From: Nitrospirota bacterium
GTDB lineage: Bacteria; Nitrospirota; UBA9217
NCBI GenBank assembly: GCA_963749655.1
Contig: CAVVOB010000021.1
Coordinates: 1-64,000, forward strand
Direction of reading: 5' to 3'
DNA length: 64,000 bases
Under the pieces are notes generated by a model. That model saw only the letters and a list, made by a program, of their open reading frames with translations, had not been told where the DNA came from and searched no databases. The position numbers were made by a program, and so were the translations under genes. Of the stretch, positions 43,420-56,550 are shown one piece after another. How positions within the stretch are numbered: the stretch's first letter is position 1; the number at the start of each line of letters is the position of its first letter.

Positions 43420-43842
43420 AGGGCGTCCTCATCCTAGTGACATTATATCAAGTTTCTCCTGACATAGGGCGTTGCCTGGGCCGCGGACCGCCGCACAGCG
43501 AAAGCCGGCGAGAGCCGGCGTCTTTAATACCGACGAGTACCGACGGACCCGACTGGATTCAACGAGAACCGACCGTCGACACTCGTCGCCTCTTTGTCTT
43601 CTCGCTTCCTCGTCAGCTTCAACGCCCGAACAGCCCGCGGCGCCTCGGCAGAGAGGGATTCTTTTCAGGGGGCCTCCGGATCGCGGCGAACCCTTCCGAT
43701 AAAACCAGGGAATTTGAGCGCATTTTGCGGGAAGATCATGCATTGTTCCGCGGTTTTTTCTTGACTTTTCGGGCAAATAACGATAATTTCCCCTGTAACG
43801 AATCTGCATGGCCGGGCCATGCACGGAGGCGCTGAACCACTC

Positions 43843-44605
43843 ATGTCGTATCAGATAAAGACTCGAGATCTTCGAAGGTCCCATGGACCTTCTTCTGCAC
43901 CTCATCAAGAAGCACGAACTCGACATCTACTCCATCCCCATCGCTCTCATCACCCAGCAGTATCTCGAATACATCGACCTCATGAAGAGCCTCGACATGG
44001 AGATCGCCGGTGAGTTTCTCGTCATGGCGTCGACGCTCACGCATATCAAGTCCAAAATGCTGCTGCCTCCTGTCGAGGACGCCGATGCCGATGAAGACGG
44101 CGTCGACCCGCGGGCCGAGCTTATCCGGCGGCTGCTGGAGTACAAGAGCTTCAAGGAAGCGGCGGGCTCCCTCGAGAACAAGGAAGAGACCTGGTCGCAA
44201 GGTCTACACCCGGCCCGCGGATTCCCTGCCCGACGCCCCGACCGAGGATGAGCCCCTGCTGTTCGACTTTCACCTCTTCGACCTGCTCGCGCGCGCTGAA
44301 GGACGTCATGGCGCGCGTGCCCGATGCCGAGCTTCGAGATCACGGCCGAGGCCGTCTCGATCACGGAAAAGATTTCCCAGATCCTCGCCCGGCTCGAGAC
44401 GATCGACAGCATTCTTTTCACCGACCTCTTTGAAGGGAGCACGTCCAAGGCCCAGGTGATCGGCACGTTCCTGGCGATCCTCGAGCTGATCAAGACGCGG
44501 GTCATCAAGGCTTTCCAGATCGAGCAGTTCGGCGCCATCAGGATCATGAAGTCCGTCACCGACACGCAGAACAAGGACACGGCGACGGGGAATTTGTTTG
44601 GATAA
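43843..44605 (+). CDS. scpA: Segregation and condensation protein A (several indels)
   Basis: [41 protein letters not shown] found across frames. Confidence 0.88.
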
Positions 44606-44619
44606 ACCGAGAAGAAGGC

Positions 44620-44695
44620 TTGAGTTGTGAATTTTTAGTGTTGAGTTAAAACAGCCGGTTAACTCAAAACTCAGAACTCAAAACTCAGAACTCAC
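44620..44695. repeat. Inverted heptamer-repeat hairpin
   Basis: TGAGTTG/TGAATTT/TTAGTGT/TGAGTTA facing five AACTCA(A/G/C) units. Confidence 0.75.
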
Positions 44696-44699
44696 CATA

Positions 44700-45548
44700 A
44701 TGAAACCCGACATCAAGACACTCGCTCACGAAAAAAAGTTCGGCGACATCGAGACGGCGGTCTACGAGGACCGGTCGCTCATCGGCGACTTGGTGCAGCT
44801 CCTTGCCGAGAAGAACGGCGATGTCCGGTCCGGCGTGCTGAATCTGCTGTCGCGCGTGGGCTTCGATTTTCCGAACGATACGCGTCCGCACCTTCCTGTC
44901 CTGATCGCCCTTCTGGACGATCCCGATATGTTCATCAAGATCGACGCGGCCAACGCGGTCGGGCAACCTGGGTTTCAGTTTCAAGGACTCCGCAACCAAG
45001 GCCGCGCCGAAGCTGAAGGCGCTCCTGGACCACGAACAGAGCCTGGTGCGGCAGGAGGCCGCCTACGCCCTCGGGAACATCGGCTTTGCGCACACGGACC
45101 TGGTCAAAGACACGGTCCCGCGCCTGATCGCCATGCTCGAACGGGGCGACGATGACGAACGCGAAGCAGCGGCGCATGCCCTGGGCAAGGTCGGCATCAA
45201 CGCTCCGGAGCTGATCCGCGGCATCCTGCCGAAGCTCGTCGAAGTGCTCGAGTTCTCGAAAGAGGCGACCTGCGGCGGCGTGCTCTTCGCGCTGGGAGCC
45301 ATCGGCCTGCACTATCCCGACGAGGTGGCAAGCCTGGTGCCGAAGCTGATGACCTACCTGGACAGCGGCCACCCCAACGCCGTCAAGAACGCGGTCGCTG
45401 CCTCGGGAACATCGGCAGCTCGAATCCCGAACTCGTCAAGGACGCGGTACCCAGGATACGGCAGATCATGGAAACGGCGACGGACATCGACGTCAAGATG
45501 AACGCCAAAGTGGCGCTCGGCAGGCTCGGCGATCCGGCAGCGATGTAA
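44700..45548 (+). CDS. HEAT/PBS-lyase repeat protein (indels)
   Basis: Repeated VRQEAAYALGNIG, EREAAAHALGKVG, LFALGAIG units over three frames. Confidence 0.75.
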
Positions 45549-45552
45549 AGCC

Positions 45553-45640
45553 AGTTTTTAGTTTTGAGTTTTGAGTTCTTAGTAATAGCAAAGGCGGATG
45601 TGCCGGTAGATCCATAACTCACAACTAAAAACTCAAAACT
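45553..45640. repeat. Inverted heptamer-repeat hairpin
   Basis: AGTTTTT/AGTTTTG/AGTTTTG/AGTTCTT facing AACTCAC/AACTAAA/AACTCAA/AACT. Confidence 0.75.
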
Positions 45641-45662
45641 AATCACTCACCAGAGGTGAAGT

Positions 45663-46392
45663 TTGGAAGATCAGGAACTGAAATCGGCAATCGAAGCGAT
45701 CCTTTTCGTCGCAGGCAACCCGCTGTCCGTGGATCGGCTCCAGGGGCTGTTCGAGGAGACGCCGCGGGAGCAGATCGAGATGCAGCTCGCCGCGCTTTCC
45801 CGGGAATACGACGAGCGCGGTTCGGGCATCATGCTCGCGGAGGTGGCCGACGGCTACCAGCTGGCGACGCGGCCCGAGCAATGTCGCCTGGATCCGGAAG
45901 TTCAAGGCCGTCAAGGTATCGACCAGGCTGTCCCGGCCGGCGCTCGAAACGCTCGCCATCGTGGCGTACAAACAGCCCATCACCCGCACCGAGGTGGAAG
46001 CGGTGCGCGGCGTGAACATCGGCGGCATCATGCGCAATCTTATGGAGCGCAGGCTCGTCAAGATCGTGGGCAAGAAGGACGTTCCGGGCAAACCCATGAT
46101 GTACGGCACCACGCCGGAGTTTCTCCAGTATTTCGGGTTAAAGGACCTCTCCTCCCTGCCCACGCTCAAGGAGTTCCAGGAGCTCGAGGCGGGAGAAGAG
46201 ATCATGGAAGAGGTCCCCGCCGGCGAAGAGTCCGTCGACGTGGCAGGTGAAGAGGGCGCCGGCGAAGCGGCTCTTCCGAATACCGGACCGCAAAACGAGG
46301 CCGACAGCGCCGATGAGGCGGAGGCCGGCGAAGAAGTCAGCCATGACGAACCGGTGACGATGTCGTCAACCGAGGAGAACGGACCGGGATGA
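45663..46392 (+). CDS. scpB: Segregation and condensation protein B (indel near 45880)
   Basis: AIEAILFVAG, EVADGYQLATRPE, AYKQPITRTEVEAVRGV, YGTTPEFLQYFGL. Confidence 0.92.
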
Positions 46393-47335
46393 TCGAACTT
46401 CAGGATGCCCTGCGCAAGAAAGAGATCTGGGCCATCGGCGGCGGCAAGGGCGGGATCGGCAAGAGCCTGATCACCGGCAATATCGGCATCCATCTCGCCC
46501 GCCTGAAGAAGAAGGTCCTGCTCGTGGACGCGGACCTGGGCGGGCGCCAATCTCCATACCACCCTCGGCATCGGCGTGCCCGAGATGACGCTTTCGGACT
46601 TCCTGAACCGGCGCGTCGAGAACATCCAGGACGTCATCATCAAGACCAGCATTCCCAATCTCTCACTCATCAGCGGCGCCCAGGACTTCCTGGACGCGGC
46701 CAATCCCAATTTTGCCCAAAAAGCGCGGCTGCTGCGCCACCTGGAGACCCTCGATGCGGACTACATCCTGCTCGACCTCGGCGCCGGCACGTCGTTCAAC
46801 ATCCTGGACTTTTTCCTCTTCTCCGACCACGGCATCCTCGTGGTGCTGCCCGAACCGACGGCCATCGAGAACGCCTACCGGTTCATAAAGAGCGCGTTCT
46901 ACCGCAGGTTCAAAAAGGTCGTGGCAAGCCAGAACATCAAGGACCTGATCGACGCGGCGATGGATCAGAAAAACTCCATGGGGATCCGCACGCCGCATGA
47001 CCTCATCGAGCGGGTGAAACAGATCGAAACGGGAAGTGGGCGAAATCCTCGAGCTCGAAGTGCTCAAGTTCAAGCCCAAACTGATCGTGAACCAGGTAAG
47101 AACAAAAAACGACATCCAGATCGGGTTCTCGATGAAGAGCGCCTGCCAGAAGTACTTCGGCATCAACCTCGAGTACCTCGGTTACGTCGAATACGACGAC
47201 TGCGTATGGCAGTCCATCCGGAGCAAGCGTCCGCTGGCCATCGAGTATCCCTACTCGCGGCCGTCACGGTGCATCGAGCGCATCGTCCACAACCTGCTCC
47301 GGAAGGAGCAGTTGACGCTCAGCATGCTATACTAA
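46389..47335 (+). CDS. MinD/FlhG-like ATPase (indels)
   Basis: GGGKGGIGKS deviant Walker A, VDADLG, LDLGAGT, PEPTAIENAY. Confidence 0.85.
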
Positions 47336-47523
47336 GCTTGACAGCCTGCAAGCTGCCGAGCCTGAGTTTTGAATTGCGGGTGCCGTGTTGCGAGGTCCTC
47401 AATTCCGCATTCCGCCTGTACCCAACGATTACGAGTGCGGATGCACGTAGTGCAGGGTGAAATCCGCATTCCGCATTTAAGGTCGCATGTCCGCTTGTCA
47501 ACGTGTCACGGAGTTGAACCACC

Positions 47524-48222
47524 ATGAAGAAGATCGAAGACCTCAATTACTACGAGCTGCTGGAGGTCCCTCCCACTGCGTCAGCGCAGGAGATTCATCG
47601 GGCTTATGAACGGGTCCGGAAGATCTACGAACCGAACAGCATTGCACTCTACTCGCTCTTTACGCCCGAGGAGACTGCCGCGATCCACCAGCGGATAGAG
47701 GAAGCGTACCGCACGCTTGTCTACGAGGACAACCGGCGGCGGTACGATGCGACGCTGAAGGGGGAGCCGGAGGAACTGCCTACGCCTGAGCCGACACGGC
47801 CCCGTCCCTCGCGCCCCTCCTATCAGTCGGCTCCGGCGCAGCCGGTGTTGTCACTGCCTGCGCAGAACCACTACCTTGCCTCCGAGGCGAAGCAGTCGCT
47901 GCCTTCTCCGAAGCCAGATCGGGAAGAGCCTGCAGCAGCTCCGGTATCGGAGTATATCGGGGAGTTTACCGGGCCCGCCCTCAAGGCGTTGCGGGAACAG
48001 CGGGGCCAGGACCTGCGCGCCTGCGCTGACCTGACGAAGGTAGGTCTGAGGTACCTCGAGGCGATCGAAGCGGAAAACTACCAGAAGCTGCCTGCCCGGC
48101 CATACTTACGCGGCTTTCTCATGCTCTATGCAAAAGCCCTCGGCTGCGATCCCGGGCGGGTGGCAAGCGACTATCTAAGGCGCTACGAGGCGATCATGAA
48201 ACCGGGGCAGGTAAAGAAGTAG
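47524..48222 (+). CDS. DnaJ-like domain (no HPD) with C-terminal HTH_25
   Basis: NYYELLEV..EIHRAY..IEEAYRTL..RRRYD; LKALREQRG..YLRGFLMLYAKAL. Confidence 0.8.
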   Translation: MKKIEDLNYYELLEVPPTASAQEIHRAYERVRKIYEPNSIALYSLFTPEETAAIHQRIEEAYRTLVYEDNRRRYDATLKGEPEELPTPEPTRPRPSRPSYQSAPAQPVLSLPAQNHYLASEAKQSLPSPKPDREEPAAAPVSEYIGEFTGPALKALREQRGQDLRACADLTKVGLRYLEAIEAENYQKLPARPYLRGFLMLYAKALGCDPGRVASDYLRRYEAIMKPGQVKK

Positions 48223-48302
48223 AGACCGCGACCAGCTATCAGCTTGAGGCTTGGCTGACAAGCTGGTCTTCTTGTTTAATTCCGCATTCCGAATTCCGCA
48301 AT

Positions 48303-51300
48303 TTATCCTTCTCTCCCCAGCTCCCGTTCCTTCCAGATCACATAGATGGCCGGATAGATGATGAGTTCCAGGATCGTCGATGTGACCACGCCTCCCACCA
48401 TGGGGGCCGCGATCCGCTTCATCACGTCCGCGCCCGTGCCGGTCGAAAACATGATCGGCACGAGGCCCGCGAGGATCACCGACACCGTCATGATCTTGGG
48501 CCTGATCCTCTTGACGGCGCCTTCCATGACCGCGTCTTCGATGTCGCGCAGGGTGCTGATTCTGCCTTCCTGCCGCCAGCGGTTGTACGACAGATCGAGG
48601 TAAAGCAGCATCACGATGCCCGTCTCGGCGTCGAGGCCAGCCAGCGCGATCACGCCGACCCAGACCGCGGTGCTCGTGTGATAGCCCAGGAGGTAGAGAA
48701 ACCAGACCGTGCCCACAAGGGAAAAGGGCACCGCCAGTAGCACGATCGACGTCTTGGTCCACGATGCCGTGTTCAGGTAGATCAGGACGATGATGATGAA
48801 CAGCGTGAGCGGGATGACGTAAAAGAGCTTGGCCTTCACGCTCTCCATGTACTCGTACTGCCCGCTCCACTGGAGCCGGTATCCTGCCGGGATCTTCATC
48901 TTTTCTGCGATCATCTTCTTCGCCTGCTTTACGTATCCGCCGAAGTCGCTCCCCTCGATAGTGAGCGTCACCGCCGCTGTAAGCCTGCCGCCTTCGCTCT
49001 GCACCATGCCCGGCCCGCGCGTGACGCGGATGTCGGCGAGCTGTCCCAGCGGCACCTGGGCCAACTCGGCATTGCGCACTGAGGATCCTTCCGGGGAGCC
49101 CATGGACCCGGCATTCGTTGACACCGGGACGAGCACCCGCTTCAGCTTCTCGATGTCGTCGCGCAGCTCGCGTCCGTAGCGGATGTTCACGGGATAGCGC
49201 TCGCGCCCTTCCACCGTGGTCGTCAGGTTCATACCGCCGATCGCCGACTCGATCACTTCCTGCACGTCCTCGATCCGCAGACCGTAGCGCGCGATCTCGT
49301 CGCGGTTGATGTCGAAATCGAGGAAATACCCCGTATTCGCCCGTTCTGCATAGACGCGCGCGTTCCCGGCACCTCGCGCAGCGTCCTCTCCAGGTCGAGG
49401 CCGATGCGTTCGATCTCGTCGAGTTTCGGTCCGAAGATCTTGAGGCCCAGGGGCGTCCTGATGCCCGTGGAAAGCATGTCGATCCTGCCGATGATCGGCA
49501 TGGTCCAGTTGTTGCCCACGCCGGGGATGGTGAGCGCCGTGTCCATGTCGTCGCGCAGGTCCTCCCATTTCTTGAACTGCGGCCGCCACTCGCTCTTCGG
49601 GCTTCGAGCGTTACATTGGTCTCGATCATCTCGAGCGGCGCCGGGTCGGTCGGCGTTTCCGCGCGGCCCGCCTTGCCGAACACCTGCTCCACCTCGGGGA
49701 ACTGCTTCATGATGCGGTCCTGGGCCTGCAGGATGCCGGACATGGTCGTGATCGACGCGCCGGGCACCGCCGTGGGCATGAACAGGAGCGTGCCTTCGTA
49801 CAGCGGCGGCATGAACTCCGAGCCGAGCTGCGGAAGGGGAAGATCGTGACGAGCACGATCACGATGGCGACGGCGATCACCGTCTTTCTGAACCGGAGCG
49901 AGAACTCCGCCACCGGGATGATAGACCTTGACGAGAAAATGGCTGATCGGGTTGTCGTCCTCATGCCGGATCTTCCCCTTGATGAACAGGGTCATCAGCA
50001 CCGGCGTGAGCGTGATGGCCAGAAAGCTCGCGAACAGCATGGAGAAGGTCTTGGTATAGGCAAGCGGCTTGAACAGCCTGCCCGCCTGGTCCTCGAGCGT
50101 AAAGACCGGCAGGAACCCGACGGTGATCACGAGCAGCGAGAAAAAGAGCGACGGCCCCACTTCCTGCGCCGCGTGGATGATCACGTCAACGCGCGAACCG
50201 TGGACGCGGCCCGCCTTCTCCCAGTCTTCGAGCTTTTTGTGGGCGTTCTCGACCATGATGATCGAGGCGTCCACCATGGCGCCGATGGCGATGGCGATGC
50301 CGGAGAGGCTCATGATGTTCGAGCTGATCCGCAGATAGTACATGCAGATAAAGGAGATGAGGATGGCGATCGGCAGCGTCAGGATCACGACCAGGGCGCT
50401 CGGCAGATGGAACAGGAAGACGATGCAGACCACGCTCACGGCCAGGCCGAGCTTGATCGATCTCTTCCTTGAGCGTGTCCACGGACCGGTGGATCAGCTC
50501 CGACCGGTCATAGGTCGTGACGATCTTCACCCCTTCCGGCAGCGATGGCGTCGATCTCTTTGATCCTGGCCTTGACGCGGTCGATGACCGACAGCACGTT
50601 CTCGCCGAACCGGACGACCACGATGCCGCCCACGGCCTCGCCCTTGCCGTCCAGGTCGGCCGCGCCGCGCCTGATCTCGGGACCGAGCTGGACCGCCGCG
50701 ATGTCGCGCAGCAGGATCGGCGTACCCTTGCCGTCGGTGCCGACGGCGATCTTTTCGATGTCGGCCTTATCCTTGATGTAGCCCCGGCCGCGCACCATGT
50801 ACTCCCGGCCGGACCATTCCACCACCCGGCCTTCGACGTCGCGGTTGCTCCTGCCGGACCGCCTCCATGATCTTCGATGAGCGACAGCTTGTAGGCGAAG
50901 AGCCGGTTCGGGATCGACGGTGATCTGGTACTGCTTCACGAACCCGCCCACGCTCGCGACCTGGGACACGCCGGGCACGGATTCGACAGCGTATTTGAGG
51001 GTCCAGTCCTGGAGCGAGCGGAGCTGGGCAAGGTCGTGCTTGCCGGTCTCGTCGACGAGCGCTACTGGAAGCCCCAGCCCACGCCGGTCGCATCGGGACC
51101 GAGCACGGGCGTCACGCCCGCGGGGAGCCTGCCGGGCACGCCCTGGAGATATTCGAGGACGCGGCTCCGCGCCCAGTAGATGTCGGTGCCGTCCTCGAAG
51201 ATCACGTACACGAAGGACAGGCCGAGGAAGGACTTGCCGCGCACCACGCGCACCTTGGGCGCCGAGAGCATGGACGAAACGATGGGATAGGTGATCTGGT

Positions 51301-51500
51301 CCTCGACCAGGTCCGGGCTCCTGCCTGCCCATTCGGTGAAGACGATCACCTGCGCGTCGGACAGGTCGGGGATCGCGTCGAGCGGCGTATGGTACACGGC
51401 CCAGACGCCCCAGCGCGGTCAGGAAGACGACAGCGAGAAAGACGAGGAACTTGTTCCGGGCGGATAGTTCGATGATTTTTGCTAACATTGATGACACCAT
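48303..51500 (-). CDS. cusA: CusA/CzcA heavy-metal RND permease (multiple indels)
   Basis: [55 protein letters not shown] over several frames; about 3.2 kb. Confidence 0.88.
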
Positions 51501-51617
51501 TTTATTAGTTCGGAGTTCATTAGTTCCACAACCCAAAACTCACCACTCAAAGACTTATAACTCTCTACCGCCCTTGTTCCCCAACTCAAAACTCAAAACT
51601 TGAAACTCCGCACTGCC

Positions 51618-52781
51618 CTATTGCCCTGTCCTCAGCTGGCTCTCGGAGTCGATCAGGAAGTTGCCGGACGTCACGACGCGTTCGCCCTTCTTGATGCCTT
51701 TCAGGACCTCGACGTACTTTTCCCCGCGCACGCCGAGCGTCACGGTGCGCATCTCGTACACGCCGGGTTTTTTCTCGACATACACGATCTGGCGCGTGCC
51801 GGAATCGATCACCGCTTCGCGGGGAATGACGAGCCTCGATCCCGAGGAAACGATTGATCTCCACGTTGGCGAACATCTCCGGCTTGAGGAGCAGACCGGG
51901 ATTCTTCATCGCAATCCGCACCTTGACCGTTCGGCTCACGGGGTCGAGGACCGGGTAAATATAGTTCACCTTGGCGCGGTAGCGCCTCGCCGGAGGAGTA
52001 CGGCAGGGTCACGATGCGCGGTCTGGCCCGTCCTCACCAGGGGCACCTCGTACTCGTAGATATCGGCGATGATCCAGATGGACGAAAGGTCCGCGATCTT
52101 GTAGAGGTTCATCCCCGGCGGTGACGTAGGCGCCGTCGAGCACCATCTTGTCGAGCACGATGCCGTTCAGCGGCGCCTCGATGGTCATGTCGGTCTCGGG
52201 CTTGCCGGTCTTTTCGAGCTCGTCGATCTGCTGCGTCAGTGATGTCCCAGAGCTGCAGCCGCCGCTTCGCCGACTGCGAGCAGCTCATTGCGCGACGACT
52301 CGAGCTCCCCCAGATCGCCGGTCCCGGTCTGCGACGACCGCACGGACCGGAGCGCGATCAGATATTCCTCCTGGGCGGTCACGAGGTCGGGACTGTAGAT
52401 CGAAAGCAGCGGCTGCCCTTTCTTCACTTCCTTGCCCGTATAATCGACAAAGAGCTTCTTCACCCATCCCGCGATCTTGGTGTTCACGAAGGCCAGCCGC
52501 GTCTCATCGGGCTGCGACTTTGCCGACGGTGCGGATGCTGCTTGTCCAGAGGACGCGCTTCGGCAACGGCCGTGCGCACGCCGATCAGCTGCACCTTGTC
52601 CGGCGATAGGGTGATGATGGGAGCGGGCGTCTCCTGCTTCGGTTCCCGACCCCCTCGCAGCCGCTGCCTTGCCCTGCTGCTGCCCTGCATGGCCCGCATG
52701 CTCCTGGGCAAAGGCCGTTCCGACCGAGATGAAAACGACGAGTGAAAGGGCAAGCGACGATGCGTAGATGCGTGCAAGCAT
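51618..52781 (-). CDS. cusB: CusB-like RND periplasmic adaptor (multiple indels; start uncertain)
   Basis: GWVKKL..VKKGQPLLSIYSPDLVTAQEEY, LKPEMFA, SGNFLIDSES. Confidence 0.82.
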
Positions 52782-52904
52782 GCGATAATGCGCGCAAACT
52801 CGCTCCCTATTCCTCTTTCCGCATTCGCACCCCTGCCCCTTGCCCCTTGCTGCTGGACCTGTCTTTTCAATATTCCGAATTCCGCAATCCGCAATTCGCA
52901 ATTT

Positions 52905-54152
52905 CTACTCATGTTCTTCTCCCGTAATCTCATGAAGCATAGACAGCGTCTTATTGAGGTTCACGATCTCCTCCTGCTCCATGAGCTGGTATTTAAGCAG
53001 CATGTTCTCGCTCTCGACGAGCGACAGGAAGTCGGTCTTGCCGACCTGGTAGTTCGACGTAGCGGACTGGAGCGCCAGCCTTGCCTGCGGAATGATCCCC
53101 ATCTCGTAGAGCTGCAGGTGGTGCTCCGAGGTGGTCACCGCGGAATAGAGGTCCCGGACCCGGGCGATCGTGTCGAGCCGCTCGGCGTCGTATTCGTGTT
53201 GCGCTGCACTGAGGTCCGCGGAGGCCGCGTGCACGCCCGCCGACTTGTTCCAGAAGTAGAGCGGAACTCTGAACATGATGCTCGCCTGCCAGACGTTCGA
53301 CTTCTCGCCCCGGTCGAACACGCCGCCGGAGACGACCATGTCGGGCAGAAATTCCCTGCGGCTCAGGGAAAGGTCCTCGCGGCTCTGCTCCACCATGAGC
53401 TTCTTCCCCTGCAACGCAGGGGCATGGTTCAGCGCCCGGTCGGCCAGCTCGTCGACGGACATGAGCATGGCCTTCGCCGGCAGTTCGGCAGGCTTACCCA
53501 GGGGGGCCCGGGGATCGCGGCCCGCCAGCTTGTTGATGCGCGTCGCCTGGGTCGCTTTCTTCAGGTCCTCCTCGGCGATCCGGTCGAGGAGCATGGACAC
53601 CTCAAGCTGCGCCCGGATCACGTCCTGCTGGGTCCCTACACCGGTCGCGTAGCGAGTTTCTGCGATGCGCTGAAAGTTCTTCATGAGCTCCTTGGTCTGG
53701 TCCAGGATCTCGGCAGAGCGATGGGCGAGATAGTAGTCGTAATAGGCCTGGCGCAGCTCGTTCAGCACCTTGAGCTGTGCAGCGCGGACCGACTCGTGCA
53801 TCTGCTCCGCCTCCTTTCCCGCAGCGCGGCCTTTGGTCCCGAGCTTTCCAGGAAAGGGAATCTCTTGGGTGAAGACAACGCCCTGCATACTCATATCTTC
53901 CGAGCCCACGCTCCACGAGAACGGAGCCCCCACATTCTGTACCATGTAGCCGATCATGGGGTCGGGCATGGCGGCGGCAACAGTCTTCTTGTCGTCGGCA
54001 GCCTCGGCCTTCCTGGCTGCCGTAAGTATTTCGGGATTGTTCCCGAGCGCCTCCTGCTCCAGATCTGAAAGCGAGAGCAGCGCCTCGTCGGCATGGACGC
54101 CGGAGGGAATAAGAAATAGAGCTATCACGGCAGAATTCAGGATTGTTCTCAT
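52905..54152 (-). CDS. TolC/CusC family outer-membrane efflux protein
   Basis: Signal peptide, ALGNNPEI, QEIPFPGKL, YQVGKTDFLSL; upstream of cusB-cusA. Confidence 0.9.
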   Translation of the reverse strand: MRTILNSAVIALFLIPSGVHADEALLSLSDLEQEALGNNPEILTAARKAEAADDKKTVAAAMPDPMIGYMVQNVGAPFSWSVGSEDMSMQGVVFTQEIPFPGKLGTKGRAAGKEAEQMHESVRAAQLKVLNELRQAYYDYYLAHRSAEILDQTKELMKNFQRIAETRYATGVGTQQDVIRAQLEVSMLLDRIAEEDLKKATQATRINKLAGRDPRAPLGKPAELPAKAMLMSVDELADRALNHAPALQGKKLMVEQSREDLSLSRREFLPDMVVSGGVFDRGEKSNVWQASIMFRVPLYFWNKSAGVHAASADLSAAQHEYDAERLDTIARVRDLYSAVTTSEHHLQLYEMGIIPQARLALQSATSNYQVGKTDFLSLVESENMLLKYQLMEQEEIVNLNKTLSMLHEITGEEHE

Positions 54153-54870
54153 CTTCAGGGCCTCCTCGCCGTATTTTGCAAAGTCCGGGCCATGGGGAGA
54201 GCAAAATAATACGACATAAATTCAATTACTTGTAGACAAGGCTGCAGTCCACCTTTATCATGCTGAAGCCTCTGCTTTACTCTCTGTAGTATTTGAGACA
54301 GCAGGAGGGTGTTTGAATCAGCTTTCGAAGATAATTTTACCAGAAAATCCAGCTGTCAGTGGGCGGCATGCATCCGTCAGCTTGCAGCGAACAGATTCAA
54401 AAAACAAGGGAAATGGATAAATGCGGAATTCGGAATGGGTAATGAAAATACGTACTGGCAGTCGGACAAACCGAGGCTTTAGAATCTTTGAGTTTTAAGC
54501 CGAACGCTGACCGCTGGCTGCTGATTTTACTGCGGAAAAAACAACCGGCCGTACCGGCTTGTGCCCGATACGGCCGTATCGCGGGGGGGTAACCGCACGA
54601 TTATAGGGAGGATTCGCCTGCATCCATATTGCAGCAGGATCAGAGTATAGTTATTGATACCGTAAATATAGCAGAATGTAAATCACCCGGGCGGGGTATT
54701 TTCAGGGTAGATGGAATCGGGCAGGAGGCCATTCTGAATTGTGGATTACGAGAACCAGCTAACAGGCGAAGCTTACGAGCTGTTCAGCTTACATGCCAAC
54801 CAGCTTGTCGGCTTGCCAGCTTGTACGTTTGCTTCATTCCGCATTCCTCATCCCGCAGTGCGTAACACTG

Positions 54871-55878
<1,008 letters not shown>

Positions 55879-56169
55879 TCAGCGGTCTATGTCAGCTGAC
55901 TAGCTTGGTTCATTAACCTGCGCTGAAAGCCGAAGCGGGATTGCTGGCATTCTTCATTTTTGCATTCCACATCTGGAGAGCCTTTTGTTTGACTGTGATT
56001 CGTTGCAAGCTGAGTGCTGATAGCCAACACTGTCCGAAATATACTCTAATCGTGGCGGAAATACAAGGGGAGGGGGCTCTGTTTAAAAAGGCAGCTGTTA
56101 GTGATCAGTCGTTCGTTTGTCAACTCGATTCCTCTACTCGATCGCCTGGCACTCTCCCTGAGACCTCTG

Positions 56170-56550
56170 TTACTGCGGCTCTCTGTTTTGCAGCCTTAGT
56201 TCAGGCAGACGCTTCAGCGATTCCCCTGTCACGCGCAAACGCTTTTTAATTCCTTTAGGCAGCGGATCGATCGCGACCCTGCTTCCCGAGCTCTTCAGGC
56301 TGCCGTCTTTTGCATGCACAGCGTAGTTCCAGTACCCGCTCTTTTCTTCACGCACGATTGTATAGCCGTCGGCAGTCTCCCAACCGTGCATGCGTTCGTC
56401 GCCCCAGAGCACGGCGCAAAACGTTGTTCCGTCGGGCTGTGACAGCTCGCGGACTCCGGGAAACGCGGGAACGGCGTGCGAATTCTTCGGCCAGGGTACT
56501 ACGAGTACAAATACGAACATTATGAGAGCAGCGGCTGCAAAATGCCTCAT
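56170..56550 (-). CDS. Secreted protein resembling the N-terminal propeptide of M6 (immune inhibitor A-like) metalloproteases
   Basis: Signal peptide then AVPA..QPDGTTF..WGDE..ETADGYTIV..W.YA; no HExxH domain follows. Confidence 0.6.
   Translation of the reverse strand: MRHFAAAALIMFVFVLVVPWPKNSHAVPAFPGVRELSQPDGTTFCAVLWGDERMHGWETADGYTIVREEKSGYWNYAVHAKDGSLKSSGSRVAIDPLPKGIKKRLRVTGESLKRLPELRLQNREPQ

Noticed and set aside
44620-44695. Repeat clusters as a CRISPR array
   Set aside because: Units are about 7 nt, degenerate and lack spacers; no cas genes in the window.
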